The notes under the pieces were generated by a model that saw only the letters and a list, made by a program, of their open reading frames with translations, made no database searches and was not told where the DNA came from. From contig JAPLYC010000073.1 of NCBI GenBank assembly GCA_026395755.1, positions 1 through 46,960 on the forward strand: a stretch of DNA of 46,960 nucleotides. The letters are read 5' to 3'. The position numbers and the translations under genes are program-made. The stretch comes from Candidatus Parcubacteria bacterium (GTDB lineage: Bacteria; Patescibacteriota; Patescibacteriia; CAIXNZ01). Positions within the stretch are counted from its first letter, which is position 1, and each line of letters opens with the position of its first letter. Of this stretch, positions 9,112-19,302 are shown in pieces.

Positions 9112-10110
9112 CTTTAGTTTAGTTATTATAGCATTTATAATGTAATTTTTCCAATCAATTTCCTCGGTAATCATGTTCCTTGCAACTTTGAAGCCCGAGG
9201 CTTTTTTGTGGCCGCCGCCATTGAACAAACTAGCGATTTGAGAAACATCGACGCTGTCTTTGGTTGTACGCAGACTGCCTTTGATCGTATCCTGATCGCG
9301 TTCGGTTAAAACAGCAATAAAGTCAATATCTTCCAGCGTCGACAGGAAATTGGATAAGCCGTCGCTGGCCTCATCTGCTGTCATCTGATATTCAATTAAG
9401 TCAGCTTGAGCAATAACGGTATAAACAAAATTAAATTCCTGATTATATTCCAGCCGGGAAAAAACTTTGCCCCAGAGTTTTAGACCAAGCAGGTTTTTGT
9501 TTTGGTTTAAGCTGCCGATGATTTGATTGGTCCGGGCTCCGTTAGTAAGTAATTTTGAGGCTATTTCCATGCAGTCTTGCGTCGTGCCCGCATTAGTAAA
9601 ATTCATGGTATCAGTGATAATTCCGGTCAGCAGGCTGGTGGCCATATACTTATCGAGTTCAATTTTATTAATTGCAAAAAATTTATATAAAATTTCACAG
9701 GTTGAAGATGCGTTGGGAACAACCAGGTTTAGATGGCCGTAATGGTCATTGGTCTGATGATGGTCAATATTGATTATTTTTAGCCGGTCTTTTTGTCCGA
9801 GTAAATCTTGGCCAATGCCGGTTCTCTGGATATTGCCGCAATCTATAATTATAACCAAATCATGATCAGCCAAATTGATCTGCTTATAATCAGTAATAAT
9901 TTTTTCTATCTTGGGCAGGTAATTGAAGTAGTCAGGCGGGGTATCAATGCAAAAATGTTTATGAGGTTTATTGTTTTTATGAAAATAATGAGCCAGAGCT
10001 AAAGAGGCGCCGAGGGTATCGCCATCGGGCTTTTCATGCGAAATCAGCAGGGGATGATTGGCATTCTGAATAGCATTCATTATTTTCGGGGCTGTTTGGC
10101 GGTAAATCAT
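9097..10110 (-). CDS. nrnA: DHH/DHHA1 phosphoesterase (NrnA-like oligoribonuclease/pAp phosphatase)
   Basis: [40 protein letters not shown]. Confidence 0.9.
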   Translation of the reverse strand: MIYRQTAPKIMNAIQNANHPLLISHEKPDGDTLGASLALAHYFHKNNKPHKHFCIDTPPDYFNYLPKIEKIITDYKQINLADHDLVIIIDCGNIQRTGIGQDLLGQKDRLKIINIDHHQTNDHYGHLNLVVPNASSTCEILYKFFAINKIELDKYMATSLLTGIITDTMNFTNAGTTQDCMEIASKLLTNGARTNQIIGSLNQNKNLLGLKLWGKVFSRLEYNQEFNFVYTVIAQADLIEYQMTADEASDGLSNFLSTLEDIDFIAVLTERDQDTIKGSLRTTKDSVDVSQIASLFNGGGHKKASGFKVARNMITEEIDWKNYIINAIITKLKKSEV

Positions 10111-10160
10111 CGTTATTTCGTATGGTTAATTAATAGCGATAAGCGGGATTTTTAAAAGTA

Positions 10161-10499
10161 TCATTCCTGGCGGATTTCGTCAAGAATACGGTCAATTTTA
10201 TTGGCATAGACTTCCTGATCGTCAATTAAAAAATTGAAATTGGGAACAATTTTATTTTCAATTTCGGTCTTGAGTAATTCATGCAAATGGCGGTTGTTTT
10301 TCCTTAAAAGCTCTAAAATAGTGCCGCGCAGATTGTCAGGTAAAATCGTGACGTAAACTTTGGCGTTTTTCATATCCGGTGTGGTTTCCACTCTGGTTAT
10401 GGTCACCAGGCTGTTTTCGGGCAGTTCAACTTCTCTCATAATAAAACGGCCCAGTTCCTGCCTGACCAGTTCGTTAATGCGTTCGATGCGTTGAGACAT
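10161..10499 (-). CDS. rbfA: Ribosome-binding factor A
   Basis: MSQRIERINELVRQEL...VTITRVETTPDMKNAKVYV...IVPNFNFLID; start trimmed to the ATG at 10499. Confidence 0.92.
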   Translation of the reverse strand: MSQRIERINELVRQELGRFIMREVELPENSLVTITRVETTPDMKNAKVYVTILPDNLRGTILELLRKNNRHLHELLKTEIENKIVPNFNFLIDDQEVYANKIDRILDEIRQE

Positions 10500-10682
10500 A
10501 TGTATTTTGGTTAGTGATTTATTGGTGAATGGGTTAGGATGCTGGTTTGGTGAATAGTGTATAGTGTAAAGTGTATAAACCTTAACACCTGGCACATAAC
10601 GCCATACTAACTTCTTTACCTATTCACATTTCACCTGTGGATGGTAAATAGGGTTAACGGTAACAAAGCGTATAACTTTGGG

Positions 10683-10769
10683 CGTGATTCGTTATCCGGT
10701 ATCGTTTGGCGTTTCGTTTTACGTTTGTCGTTTGTCGAAACGTAACCCGAAACCGAAAAACGATAAACG
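10683..10769. repeat. CG-ladder element copy 1 (14/14 CG)
   Basis: CG at offsets 0,7,14,20,27,32,39,46,53,58,65,71,78,85; CGTTTCG/CGAAACG cores. Confidence 0.9.
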
Positions 10770-10860
10770 AGGTGCTTCTAAGCTAATTTCGCTAAAGTTA
10801 GTATTTTTTATATACTGACGATTTAACCCTACATATATACACTATATTAAATAATCCCGC

Positions 10861-10889
10861 TTGACAACCCCCAGATGGTTTGTTACTAT
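10861..10889 (+). promoter_or_regulatory. rpoB promoter
   Basis: TTGACA-N17-TACTAT with extended TG. Confidence 0.75.
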
Positions 10890-11019
10890 TATAACACTAG
10901 AGAGTTCCCGCTATAGTTTTATAAACTAAGTTGCAAAATAGTGGGGTTTATTTTCACTTCTTAATTAAATATTATTCTTAATAAAACTCGCCCAACAAGT
11001 GGGAGGCGGGCTATTTTTT

Positions 11020-14000
11020 ATGTCTAGCAAAAAAAATACCATTCAAGTTCAATCAGCGGTTCAAACTAAGTTGGAAAAAAGAAGATTTTTCAGCAAAGAA
11101 CATGAGGCCATGGAAGTGCCTGATTTGGTTGAAGTTCAGAAAAATTCTTACAATTGGTTTATCAGAGAAGGCTTGCGCGAGCTTTTTGATGAAATAACGC
11201 CGATTAAGGATTTTGGCGGACGCAATCTGGAATTAGCGTTTAAAGATTATTATCTGGATGAGCCAAAATTTGATGAAAAAACATCTCGAGCTAAAAACAT
11301 TACTTACGAAGCTTCCTTGCGAGTCAAAGCGGCTTTGGTCAATAAGAAGGATGATATGAAAAAAGAGCAGGAAATTTACCTGGGTGATTTTCCGGTGATG
11401 ACCGACCGCGGTACTTTTATTATCAATGGCATTGAAAGAACGGTTATTTCCCAGATTATCAGATCAGCCGGTGTATTTTTTACATCCAATTATCTTCGAG
11501 GCCACCGCTATTACGGCGCCAAGATCATTCCAAACCGCGGTGCCTGGCTGGAAATAGAAACTGATGCCAATAATATTTTATGGGTTAAAATTGACCGCAA
11601 AAGAAAAGTCGCTTTGACTTCCTTGCTGCGCGCTTTTGGCTATTCCTCTAATGAAGAAATTTTAGCTTTATTTAAGGAGGCTGACAGCAATCTTGGCATT
11701 AAATATATCCAAAATACTTTGACTAAAGATATTGCCAAAAATATGGATGAAGGTTTGATTGAAGTATATAAAAGAATCAGACCGGGCGATATGGCTACGG
11801 CAGATAATGCCAAGTCTTTGATTTATTCTATGTTTTTCAGATTTGAACGTTATGATTTGGGCAAGGTCGGCCGCTACAAAATTAATCAGCGTTTTAATTT
11901 AAATCTGGCAAATGTACCGGATAACAGGATTTTACGCAAAGAAGATTTATTGGAAATTATTAAGGAAATTATCCGCTTGAATATTGCGCAGGTTGATTCT
12001 GACGATGTTGATCATTTGTCCAACCGCCGCATCAGGTCAGTGGGTGAATTGATTCAGAATCGTTTCCGCATCGGTTTGGCTCGTATGGAAAGAATCGTCA
12101 GGGACAAAATGAGCACGGTTGATATTGAATCAATGACTCCCAGCAAATTAGTCAATGCCAAGCCTGTCATGGGCGTGGTCAAAGAATTTTTCATGTCTTC
12201 CCAATTGTCGCAGTTTATGGATCAGGTAAATCCTTTAGCGGAATTGGAACATAAGCGCAGAATTTCTGCCATGGGCCCGGGCGGTTTATCCAGAGAACGA
12301 GCAGGTTTTGAAGTTCGTGACGTGCATACCACTCACTATGGCAGAATTTGTCCGATTTCTACGCCAGAAGGCCCAAATATCGGGTTGGTCGGGCAACTGG
12401 CAAGCTATGCCAAAGTTAATGAATATGGTTTTATAGAAACTCCTTATCGCGTGATAGAAAGAATTGCCCTGGAAGATATTAAGGATCCGGAAACTAATAA
12501 AGTGGCAATTAAAAAAGGACAAAAAGTCCCTAAAGAATTAATTGATAAGTTAAGAGCAAAAAATTTAAATTATAGCGTTAAATCCAGAGTAACTGATGAA
12601 GTTATTTATTTAAATGCTTTGGCAGAAGAAAGGTCAGTTACCACCGCGGCGACTACACCACTTGATGAAAATGGCCATTTTGTTAATGCTAAAGCCGAAG
12701 TCAGAAAATTCGGCAAGCCGGATATTTCTCCGGTAGAACAGCTTGATTATATGGATGTGGCTTCCAATCAGATCGTCAGTATTTCCACTTCTTGCATTCC
12801 ATTCTTGGAACATGATGATGCGGTTAGAGCTTTGATGGGCACCAATATGCAGCGCCAAGCAGTACCTTGCATTCGGCCGGTTCCGCCATTGGTGGGCACA
12901 GGCATGGAAAGTAAGGCGGCTTTATATTCAGGCTATTTAGCTATCAGCAAAGCAGACGGCAAAGTCGTTAATGTTGACGGTAGCGGCATTGAAGTTTTAG
13001 AAGACAAAGGCGATTTGAAATTTTATGATTTAAATAAATTTGAGAGATCTAATGCTTCAACCTGCATTAACCAGCATCCGACAGTCCAGAAAAACGAACG
13101 AGTTAAAAAAGGACAGATAATGTCTGATGGCCCTTCAATTGCGGAAGCGGAATTAGCATTGGGACAGAATGTGCTGGTCGCTTTCATGGCTTGGGGCGGT
13201 TACAATTATGAAGACGCCGTTATTATAAATGAAAGGGTAGTGCAGAAAGATTATTTTACTTCTATTCATATAGAAAATTATCAGGTGGAAGTTCGGGAAA
13301 CAAAGCTGGGGCCTGAAATCGTCACTTCGGATATACCAAATATTGCCGAAGAAAAACTGAAAAATTTAGATGAAAATGGGGTGGTCAGAATCGGCGCCGA
13401 AGTTTCTTCAGGCGATATTTTGGTCGGCAAAATTACTCCCAAAGGTGAAACCGAGCTTTCAGCTGAAGAAAAATTATTGCGTGCCATTTTCGGTGAAAAA
13501 GCCCGAGATGTGCGCGACAGCTCTTTATACCTGGAACATGGCGATCACGGCAAAGTTATTGATATTAAAATTTTTACTCAAGAACACGGTGATAAATTAT
13601 CTCCGGGCGTAACTCAAATGGTTCAGGTGGCAGTAGCTGATTTACGAAAAATCCAGATTGGTGATAAAATCGCCGGCCGTCACGGCAATAAAGGCATTAT
13701 TTCTAATGTTGTGCCTGCCGAGGATATGCCGTTTTTAGCCAATGGTACCCCGATTGATTTTATTTTGAGTCCCTTGGGTGTGATTTCCCGTATGAATTTA
13801 GGACAAATATTAGAAACTCATTTGGGTCTGGCTGTTCATACATTAGGATTTAAAGTAGCCACCCCGGTTTTTTACGGTGTCAGCGAGGAAAAAATTAAAG
13901 AATTGTTAAAGCAAGCCGGTTTTCCGGAAAATGGCAAACTGACATTATATGACGGCCGCACCGGCGATGCTTTTAGCAATAAGGTAACTGTCGGTTATAA

Positions 14001-14388
14001 ATATATTTTGAAACTGAATCATATGGTGGAAGATAAGATTCATCAAAGGTCAATCGGCCCATATTCATTGATTACTCAGCAGCCTTTGGGCGGTAAAGCG
14101 CAATTTGGAGGCCAAAGATTTGGTGAAATGGAAGTCTGGGCTCTGGAAGGTTATGGCGCCGCTCATACTTTGCAGGAAATTTTGACCATTAAATCAGATG
14201 ATGTGCCGGGCCGCGCCAAAGCTTATGAATCTATTATTAAGGGCGAACCGATCAGAAAATTAAATATTCCGGAATCATTTAATGTCTTGGTTCGCGAACT
14301 TAAAGGCCTTTGTTTAGATGTGGAATTATTGGACGGTAAGAATGTGCTTGATGACACAACCAAGGAAGATTCCAAGAAGATCAGGTAA
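11020..14388 (+). CDS. rpoB: RNA polymerase beta subunit
   Basis: GRICPISTPEGPNIG, GDKIAGRHGNKG, GGQRFGEMEVWALE; start set at ATG 11020 rather than GTG 10999. Confidence 0.99.
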   Translation: MSSKKNTIQVQSAVQTKLEKRRFFSKEHEAMEVPDLVEVQKNSYNWFIREGLRELFDEITPIKDFGGRNLELAFKDYYLDEPKFDEKTSRAKNITYEASLRVKAALVNKKDDMKKEQEIYLGDFPVMTDRGTFIINGIERTVISQIIRSAGVFFTSNYLRGHRYYGAKIIPNRGAWLEIETDANNILWVKIDRKRKVALTSLLRAFGYSSNEEILALFKEADSNLGIKYIQNTLTKDIAKNMDEGLIEVYKRIRPGDMATADNAKSLIYSMFFRFERYDLGKVGRYKINQRFNLNLANVPDNRILRKEDLLEIIKEIIRLNIAQVDSDDVDHLSNRRIRSVGELIQNRFRIGLARMERIVRDKMSTVDIESMTPSKLVNAKPVMGVVKEFFMSSQLSQFMDQVNPLAELEHKRRISAMGPGGLSRERAGFEVRDVHTTHYGRICPISTPEGPNIGLVGQLASYAKVNEYGFIETPYRVIERIALEDIKDPETNKVAIKKGQKVPKELIDKLRAKNLNYSVKSRVTDEVIYLNALAEERSVTTAATTPLDENGHFVNAKAEVRKFGKPDISPVEQLDYMDVASNQIVSISTSCIPFLEHDDAVRALMGTNMQRQAVPCIRPVPPLVGTGMESKAALYSGYLAISKADGKVVNVDGSGIEVLEDKGDLKFYDLNKFERSNASTCINQHPTVQKNERVKKGQIMSDGPSIAEAELALGQNVLVAFMAWGGYNYEDAVIINERVVQKDYFTSIHIENYQVEVRETKLGPEIVTSDIPNIAEEKLKNLDENGVVRIGAEVSSGDILVGKITPKGETELSAEEKLLRAIFGEKARDVRDSSLYLEHGDHGKVIDIKIFTQEHGDKLSPGVTQMVQVAVADLRKIQIGDKIAGRHGNKGIISNVVPAEDMPFLANGTPIDFILSPLGVISRMNLGQILETHLGLAVHTLGFKVATPVFYGVSEEKIKELLKQAGFPENGKLTLYDGRTGDAFSNKVTVGYKYILKLNHMVEDKIHQRSIGPYSLITQQPLGGKAQFGGQRFGEMEVWALEGYGAAHTLQEILTIKSDDVPGRAKAYESIIKGEPIRKLNIPESFNVLVRELKGLCLDVELLDGKNVLDDTTKEDSKKIR

Positions 14389-14435
14389 AAAACATCGATT
14401 TATTTATTTTATCATTTAATATTTAATAATTTTAT

Positions 14436-17400
14436 ATGATTTTCAATCAAGCCAAGCCATTAGAATTTGACGGCATCAGATTAAAGCTAGCTTCTCCCGA
14501 AGTAATTAGAATCTGGTCGCACGGCGAAGTTACCAAGCCGGAAACGATTAATTATCGGACGCAAAAACCGGAAAAAGACGGCTTATTCTGCGAGAAAATT
14601 TTCGGGCCGTCTAAAGATTGGGAATGCTACTGCGGCAAATATAAAAAGATCAGGTATAAGGGGATTATTTGCGATAAGTGCGGCGTGGAAGTTACTCATT
14701 CCATGGTCAGACGCGAACGCATGGGGCATATTGAATTATGCTCGCCGGTTTCGCACATCTGGTTTTTACGCGGCGTGCCTTCACGCCTAGGTTTAGTTTT
14801 GGATATTTCCGTGCAAAGCCTGGAAAAGGTGATTTATTTTGCCAGCTTCATAATTACTAAAGTTAATCAGGAGCTGAAAGCCCAGGCAATGGAGCAGCTG
14901 AAGGAAGAATACAAAACTAAGAAAAAGCAGATAGAGGCTAATTTTAAAAACCGTGTCAATCAGATTAAAACCAATAAAAGTCTCAAGGAAAAAGAGCAGG
15001 ATAAAAAAATAATTGAATTAAACAAGGAAAGAGATCTGGAAGCAGCGGAATTCGAAAAAGAATATGTTAAAACCGAGACTGATTTAAAGGATCTAAAAAT
15101 AAAAAAAATTATTTCCGAGGATCAATATCAGGATTTGTCTCTTAAATTCGGCCATATTTTTGAAGTGGCCATCGGCGCTGAAGCGGTCAGAAAATTATTG
15201 GAGGTAATTGATCTGGAAAAATTAGTAAAAAGCTTGGACGCGGAATTAGAAGAGGCAATCGGCACCAAAAGAGAAAGAGCTGTTAAACGTATCAAGCTGG
15301 TTAAAAACTTGGTTAAAAATAAAATCAGGCCTGAATGGATGATTTTGAATATGATCCCCGTTATCCCGCCCGATTTAAGGCCAATGGTGCCTTTAGACGG
15401 CGGTCGTTTTGCCACCTCTGATTTAAATGATTTATATCGTCGCGTCATCAATAGAAATAACCGTTTGAAAAAACTGAAGGAATTAAATGCCCCGGAAGTT
15501 ATTATCCGCAATGAAAAAAGAATGCTTCAGGAAGCTGTTGATGCTTTGTTGGATAACAGCGCCAGACACTCAAAAACAACTACGGCTTCTACCGGCCAAA
15601 AAAGACAGTTGAAATCCATTGCTGATATTTTAAAAGGCAAGCAAGGCCGCTTCAGACAGAATTTACTGGGTAAACGTACTGATTATTCAGGCCGCAGCGT
15701 TATTGTCGTCGGTCCGAATTTGAAGTTGCACCAATGCGGTTTGCCCAAGCGCATGGCCTTGGAATTATTTAAGCCGTTTGTCATCAGTCAGCTCATTAAA
15801 CGTGAATTTGTCCATAATATCAGAAGCGCCAATAGGTTTATTGAAAGCAATCGTCCGGAAATCTGGGATATTTTGGAAGAAATAGTTAAAGACGCTCATG
15901 TCTTATTGAATCGCGCTCCGACTTTGCACCGTTTGGGCATCCAAGCTTTTAAGCCGATTTTAATTGAAGGTAAAGCTATTCACTTGCATCCTTTGGTTTG
16001 CGCTGCTTTTAATGCCGATTTTGACGGCGATCAGATGGCTGTTCATGTGCCTTTGACGGAACAAGCTAAAAACGAGGCCAAAGAATTGATGCTATCATCT
16101 AAAAATTTATTAAAGCCGGCAACAGGAAATCCTATCACCACTCCAAGAATGGATATTGTCTGGGGCTGCTATTATATAACGGAATTAAAGAGGTTGCGGG
16201 AAAAACCTCGATCTTTTGGTTCCTTTGAAGAAGCTGTTTTAGCTTATAACTCAAAGATCATTACTGTTTCTGAAGAAATTGAAGCCCGTGATATTTTACC
16301 GGGAAAAAAGAAACCGGAAAGAATTATTACCAATGTCGGCCGCATCTTATTTAACCGTTTATTACCTTCGGAAATAGGATTTTATAATGAACAGATAACC
16401 ACTAAAAATCTGGGTGATTTGATTAAATTTTCCCTGGAAAAAATGGGTAAGGATAGGACGGCCAGATTGCTTGATGACATTAAAGATCTTGGCTTTAAGT
16501 TTTTAACCCTAAGCGGTTATTCCTGGGGTATGGATGATTTGCCGGATTTAGTAGGTAAAAAGGAAATTGTAGATACCGGCGATCTCCAGATTGATGAAGT
16601 TAACGATCAGTTTCAGCAGGGTTTACTGACCAAGAGCGAGCGTCATTCAAAAATTATTGAAATTTGGACAGCAATTAAGGATAAAATCGTGCAGCTGGGC
16701 AAAGATTCATTGAATAAAGAAGGCCCGGTATATTCCATGGTAACTTCAGGGGCTCGCGGTTCCTGGACTCAGGTGACGCAGATGGTCGGGATGAAAGGCT
16801 TAGTGGCCAATCCGGCCGGTGAAATTATTGAACTGCCTGTCAAAGCCAGTTTCAAAGAAGGCTTTGATGTTTTGGAATATTTTATTTCTACTCATGGTTC
16901 CAGAAAAGGCTTATCAGATACTGCTTTAAGAACCGCCAATGCCGGTTATTTAACCCGTCGTTTAGTTGACGTTTCTCAGGACGTGGTAGTTCGTGAGGAA
17001 GATTGTGGCGATAAAAAAGGCATGCTTTATACTAAAAAAGATAGCGATGAAATCGGCGTTAATTTATTGGAGCGCGTCTGGGGCAGGGTTTGTCTGGAAA
17101 AAATTACCGATCCTAAAACAGGTGAAGTTGTCGTTGATAAAGATCAATTGATTACTGAAGCAGTAGTGCGCAAATTACAGCCCTTGAATCTGGAGCAGCT
17201 TACTGTCCGATCAGTTTTAACCTGCAAAATGACCAAAGGCCTTTGCACTAAATGTTATGGCTATGACCTGGGTTATAATGAAATGGTTAAATTGGGCGTA
17301 GCTGTAGGTATTATCGCGGCTCAAAGTATTGGTGAACCAGGCACCCAGCTGACCATGAGAACTTTCCATACTGGCGGTGTGGCCGGCACTGATATCACCC

Positions 17401-18323
17401 AAGGTTTGCCTCGCGTGGAAGAACTTTTTGAAGCTCGTCCGCCCAAACGCAAAGCAATTCTGGCTGAAGAAGACGGCCTAGCCACAATTTCTGATGCGCC
17501 GAAGAAAATTGAAGATGAAAAAGGCCGTGTCTTATTCAGCACTACCCATGGCCAAAAGATATTAAAGATAAAATTTGATGATGTGGAAGAGGACACCTAT
17601 TCTTTTAAAGGCCAATCCCCGACGCTGAAAGTCAAAGAAGGGGATAAGGTTTCTAAAGATGAAATCTTGTTTAAATTAGGCAAAACAGAAATGAAAGTTA
17701 AAAGACCAGGCGTGGTTAAAGTTACTGAAAAAACCGTAAAAGTAATCAGCAACGTTGAAAAGGAAAAAGAATATCTGATCCCGCAGGGCTATCGTTTATG
17801 GATCAATGACGGAGATTTTGTTAAAAAAGGCGATCAATTGACTGAAGGCAGTTTAGATTTACATCAATTATATAAGCTTAAAGGCCGCGATGAAGTCAAG
17901 CGTTATGTGGTTAAAGAAATCCAGTATATTTACGCTTCTCAAGGACAGCGTTTGAATGAAAAGCATATCGAAGTCATTATTAAGCAATTATTCAGCCGTG
18001 TCTTAATTAAAGATGCCGGGGATACCAATTTATTGCCCGGTGAAATCGTGGAAAAAGCTGAGATGGATGAAGCTAATATCGAGATTGATAAAACCGATGG
18101 CAAACACGCTACTTCTGAGGAATTATTTCTGGGCATTACCAAGGTTTCTCTGACCACCCGCAGTTTCTTATCGGCTGCTTCTTTTCAGGAAACTTCCCGT
18201 GTGCTGATTAATGCGGCTTTAACCGGTAAGATTGATAAGCTGGAAGGCTTGAAGGAAAATGTCATTATTGGCCGTTTGATTCCGGCCGGCACAGGTTTTA
18301 AAAGGAAGCCAAAGGAAGAATAG
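14436..18323 (+). CDS. rpoC: RNA polymerase beta' subunit
   Basis: Zn finger CYCGKYK...CDKC, NADFDGDQMAVH catalytic motif, GEPGTQLTMRTFH. Confidence 0.99.
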   Translation: MIFNQAKPLEFDGIRLKLASPEVIRIWSHGEVTKPETINYRTQKPEKDGLFCEKIFGPSKDWECYCGKYKKIRYKGIICDKCGVEVTHSMVRRERMGHIELCSPVSHIWFLRGVPSRLGLVLDISVQSLEKVIYFASFIITKVNQELKAQAMEQLKEEYKTKKKQIEANFKNRVNQIKTNKSLKEKEQDKKIIELNKERDLEAAEFEKEYVKTETDLKDLKIKKIISEDQYQDLSLKFGHIFEVAIGAEAVRKLLEVIDLEKLVKSLDAELEEAIGTKRERAVKRIKLVKNLVKNKIRPEWMILNMIPVIPPDLRPMVPLDGGRFATSDLNDLYRRVINRNNRLKKLKELNAPEVIIRNEKRMLQEAVDALLDNSARHSKTTTASTGQKRQLKSIADILKGKQGRFRQNLLGKRTDYSGRSVIVVGPNLKLHQCGLPKRMALELFKPFVISQLIKREFVHNIRSANRFIESNRPEIWDILEEIVKDAHVLLNRAPTLHRLGIQAFKPILIEGKAIHLHPLVCAAFNADFDGDQMAVHVPLTEQAKNEAKELMLSSKNLLKPATGNPITTPRMDIVWGCYYITELKRLREKPRSFGSFEEAVLAYNSKIITVSEEIEARDILPGKKKPERIITNVGRILFNRLLPSEIGFYNEQITTKNLGDLIKFSLEKMGKDRTARLLDDIKDLGFKFLTLSGYSWGMDDLPDLVGKKEIVDTGDLQIDEVNDQFQQGLLTKSERHSKIIEIWTAIKDKIVQLGKDSLNKEGPVYSMVTSGARGSWTQVTQMVGMKGLVANPAGEIIELPVKASFKEGFDVLEYFISTHGSRKGLSDTALRTANAGYLTRRLVDVSQDVVVREEDCGDKKGMLYTKKDSDEIGVNLLERVWGRVCLEKITDPKTGEVVVDKDQLITEAVVRKLQPLNLEQLTVRSVLTCKMTKGLCTKCYGYDLGYNEMVKLGVAVGIIAAQSIGEPGTQLTMRTFHTGGVAGTDITQGLPRVEELFEARPPKRKAILAEEDGLATISDAPKKIEDEKGRVLFSTTHGQKILKIKFDDVEEDTYSFKGQSPTLKVKEGDKVSKDEILFKLGKTEMKVKRPGVVKVTEKTVKVISNVEKEKEYLIPQGYRLWINDGDFVKKGDQLTEGSLDLHQLYKLKGRDEVKRYVVKEIQYIYASQGQRLNEKHIEVIIKQLFSRVLIKDAGDTNLLPGEIVEKAEMDEANIEIDKTDGKHATSEELFLGITKVSLTTRSFLSAASFQETSRVLINAALTGKIDKLEGLKENVIIGRLIPAGTGFKRKPKEE

Positions 18324-18343
18324 GAAATTGTAAGTTAATATAT

Positions 18344-18379
18344 AAAAAAACACTTCTCAGAAATGAGGGGTGTTTTTTT
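18344..18379 (+). terminator. rpoBC terminator
   Basis: A7-CACTTCTCA-gaaa-TGAGGGGTG-T7. Confidence 0.85.
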
Positions 18380-18383
18380 ATTT

Positions 18384-18470
18384 CGTTTATCGTATTACGG
18401 TTTCGGTTAACGTTTCGACAGACGTATTAAGTGATACGAAACGCCAAACGAAACCGAAGAACGTCTCACG
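18384..18470. repeat. CG-ladder element copy 2 (13/14 CG)
   Basis: Same offsets as copy 1; offset 46 is AG. Confidence 0.9.
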
Positions 18471-18560
18471 AAACAGCTATTTTGGTCAAAACAGACTGAC
18501 AAAATTAGAGTTAATAGATATGAATTTATCTAATTTTAGCCAAGATGTAACCAAGGGGGC

Positions 18561-18654
18561 TTGACAAGTCTCTTTAGATATGATATTATGGCAAATCACG
18601 CTAAAAAAGGGTAGAGATGCTCCTCTTGACAAAATGATTAAAACGTGCTATACT
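18561..18654 (+). promoter_or_regulatory. Two tandem near-consensus sigma70 promoters
   Basis: TTGACA-N17-TATTAT (18561-18589) and TTGACA-N17-TATACT (18626-18654), both with extended TG. Confidence 0.8.
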
Positions 18655-18685
18655 TATAAAACATGAAATTTGAAAATTAAGCGAT

Positions 18686-18940
18686 TTAGTGACCAGCAAT
18701 ATGGGGGTAGTAGTGCATTAGGGTCAGTAGAGTTTTCCGGCCCTGCTAGAAAACTTCTACGCCTGGTGTTTAACTGATAAGGCTCTGTCCTATATCAGTC
18801 GTTCCGCTTTGCGGGACAACACCTCCATATTATTGGTCATTAAGTTCGAGATTCAGACTAAGGGCAATATAGAGTTCCATTCATTTAAATGTACTTTTAA
18901 ACAAAGCGGGACTCCTTGAGCCCTTTGTCGGGATCTTGAA
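18686..18940 (+). ncRNA. Structured leader/ncRNA: ~22-bp closing stem enclosing three hairpins, then a second long stem
   Basis: TTAGTGACCAGCAATATGGGGG pairs with CCTCCATATTATTGGTCATTAA (G-U pairs on +); 18845-18865 pairs with 18920-18940. Confidence 0.6.
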
Positions 18941-18982
18941 AACTTTTATCTGTTCTCAAAACAACAAACAAAAGGAGGGGCA

Positions 18983-19111
18983 ATGAAAGCGTATGTCATG
19001 ATGACTAAAAACAGCATTGTGCGCCTAGTTCCTCTGGGACTGGCGCGGCACTACGAAAGGGTTGGCCTCGGAATGATCGTGGCCTTCCTGATCCATGGTC
19101 AGCTGCACTAG
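18983..19111 (+). CDS. 42-aa small protein MKAYVMMTKNSIVRLVPLGLARHYERVGLGMIVAFLIHGQLH (not in ORF track)
   Basis: AAGGAGGGG SD directly before the ATG; TAG stop at 19109-19111. Confidence 0.55.
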   Translation: MKAYVMMTKNSIVRLVPLGLARHYERVGLGMIVAFLIHGQLH

Positions 19112-19302
19112 GCTGACACCAAATCAAGATTCGCAGCACGAGGGACTTACAAAAGTCCCTACTTCATCTCAAGACGGGATAGTCTCGTGTAGATTATTTT
19201 GTCTTGAGATGAGGTCTATAATGATGATCTTTCAAATTTATTGGTGGAGAAATCCACGCCCTATCAGGGAGAAATTCCTGATATAACCAAAGGAGGACTA
19301 CC

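Noticed and set aside
10999-11019. GTG start of rpoB; upstream extensions of rbfA, rny and trxB in the ORF track
   Set aside because: The extensions run through hairpins or repeats and lack family similarity; downstream ATGs are preferred.
18370-18564. 64-aa ORF after rpoC (and similar short ORFs at 26024-26233 and 42828-43088)
   Set aside because: They are translations of the repeat elements or antisense to real genes.
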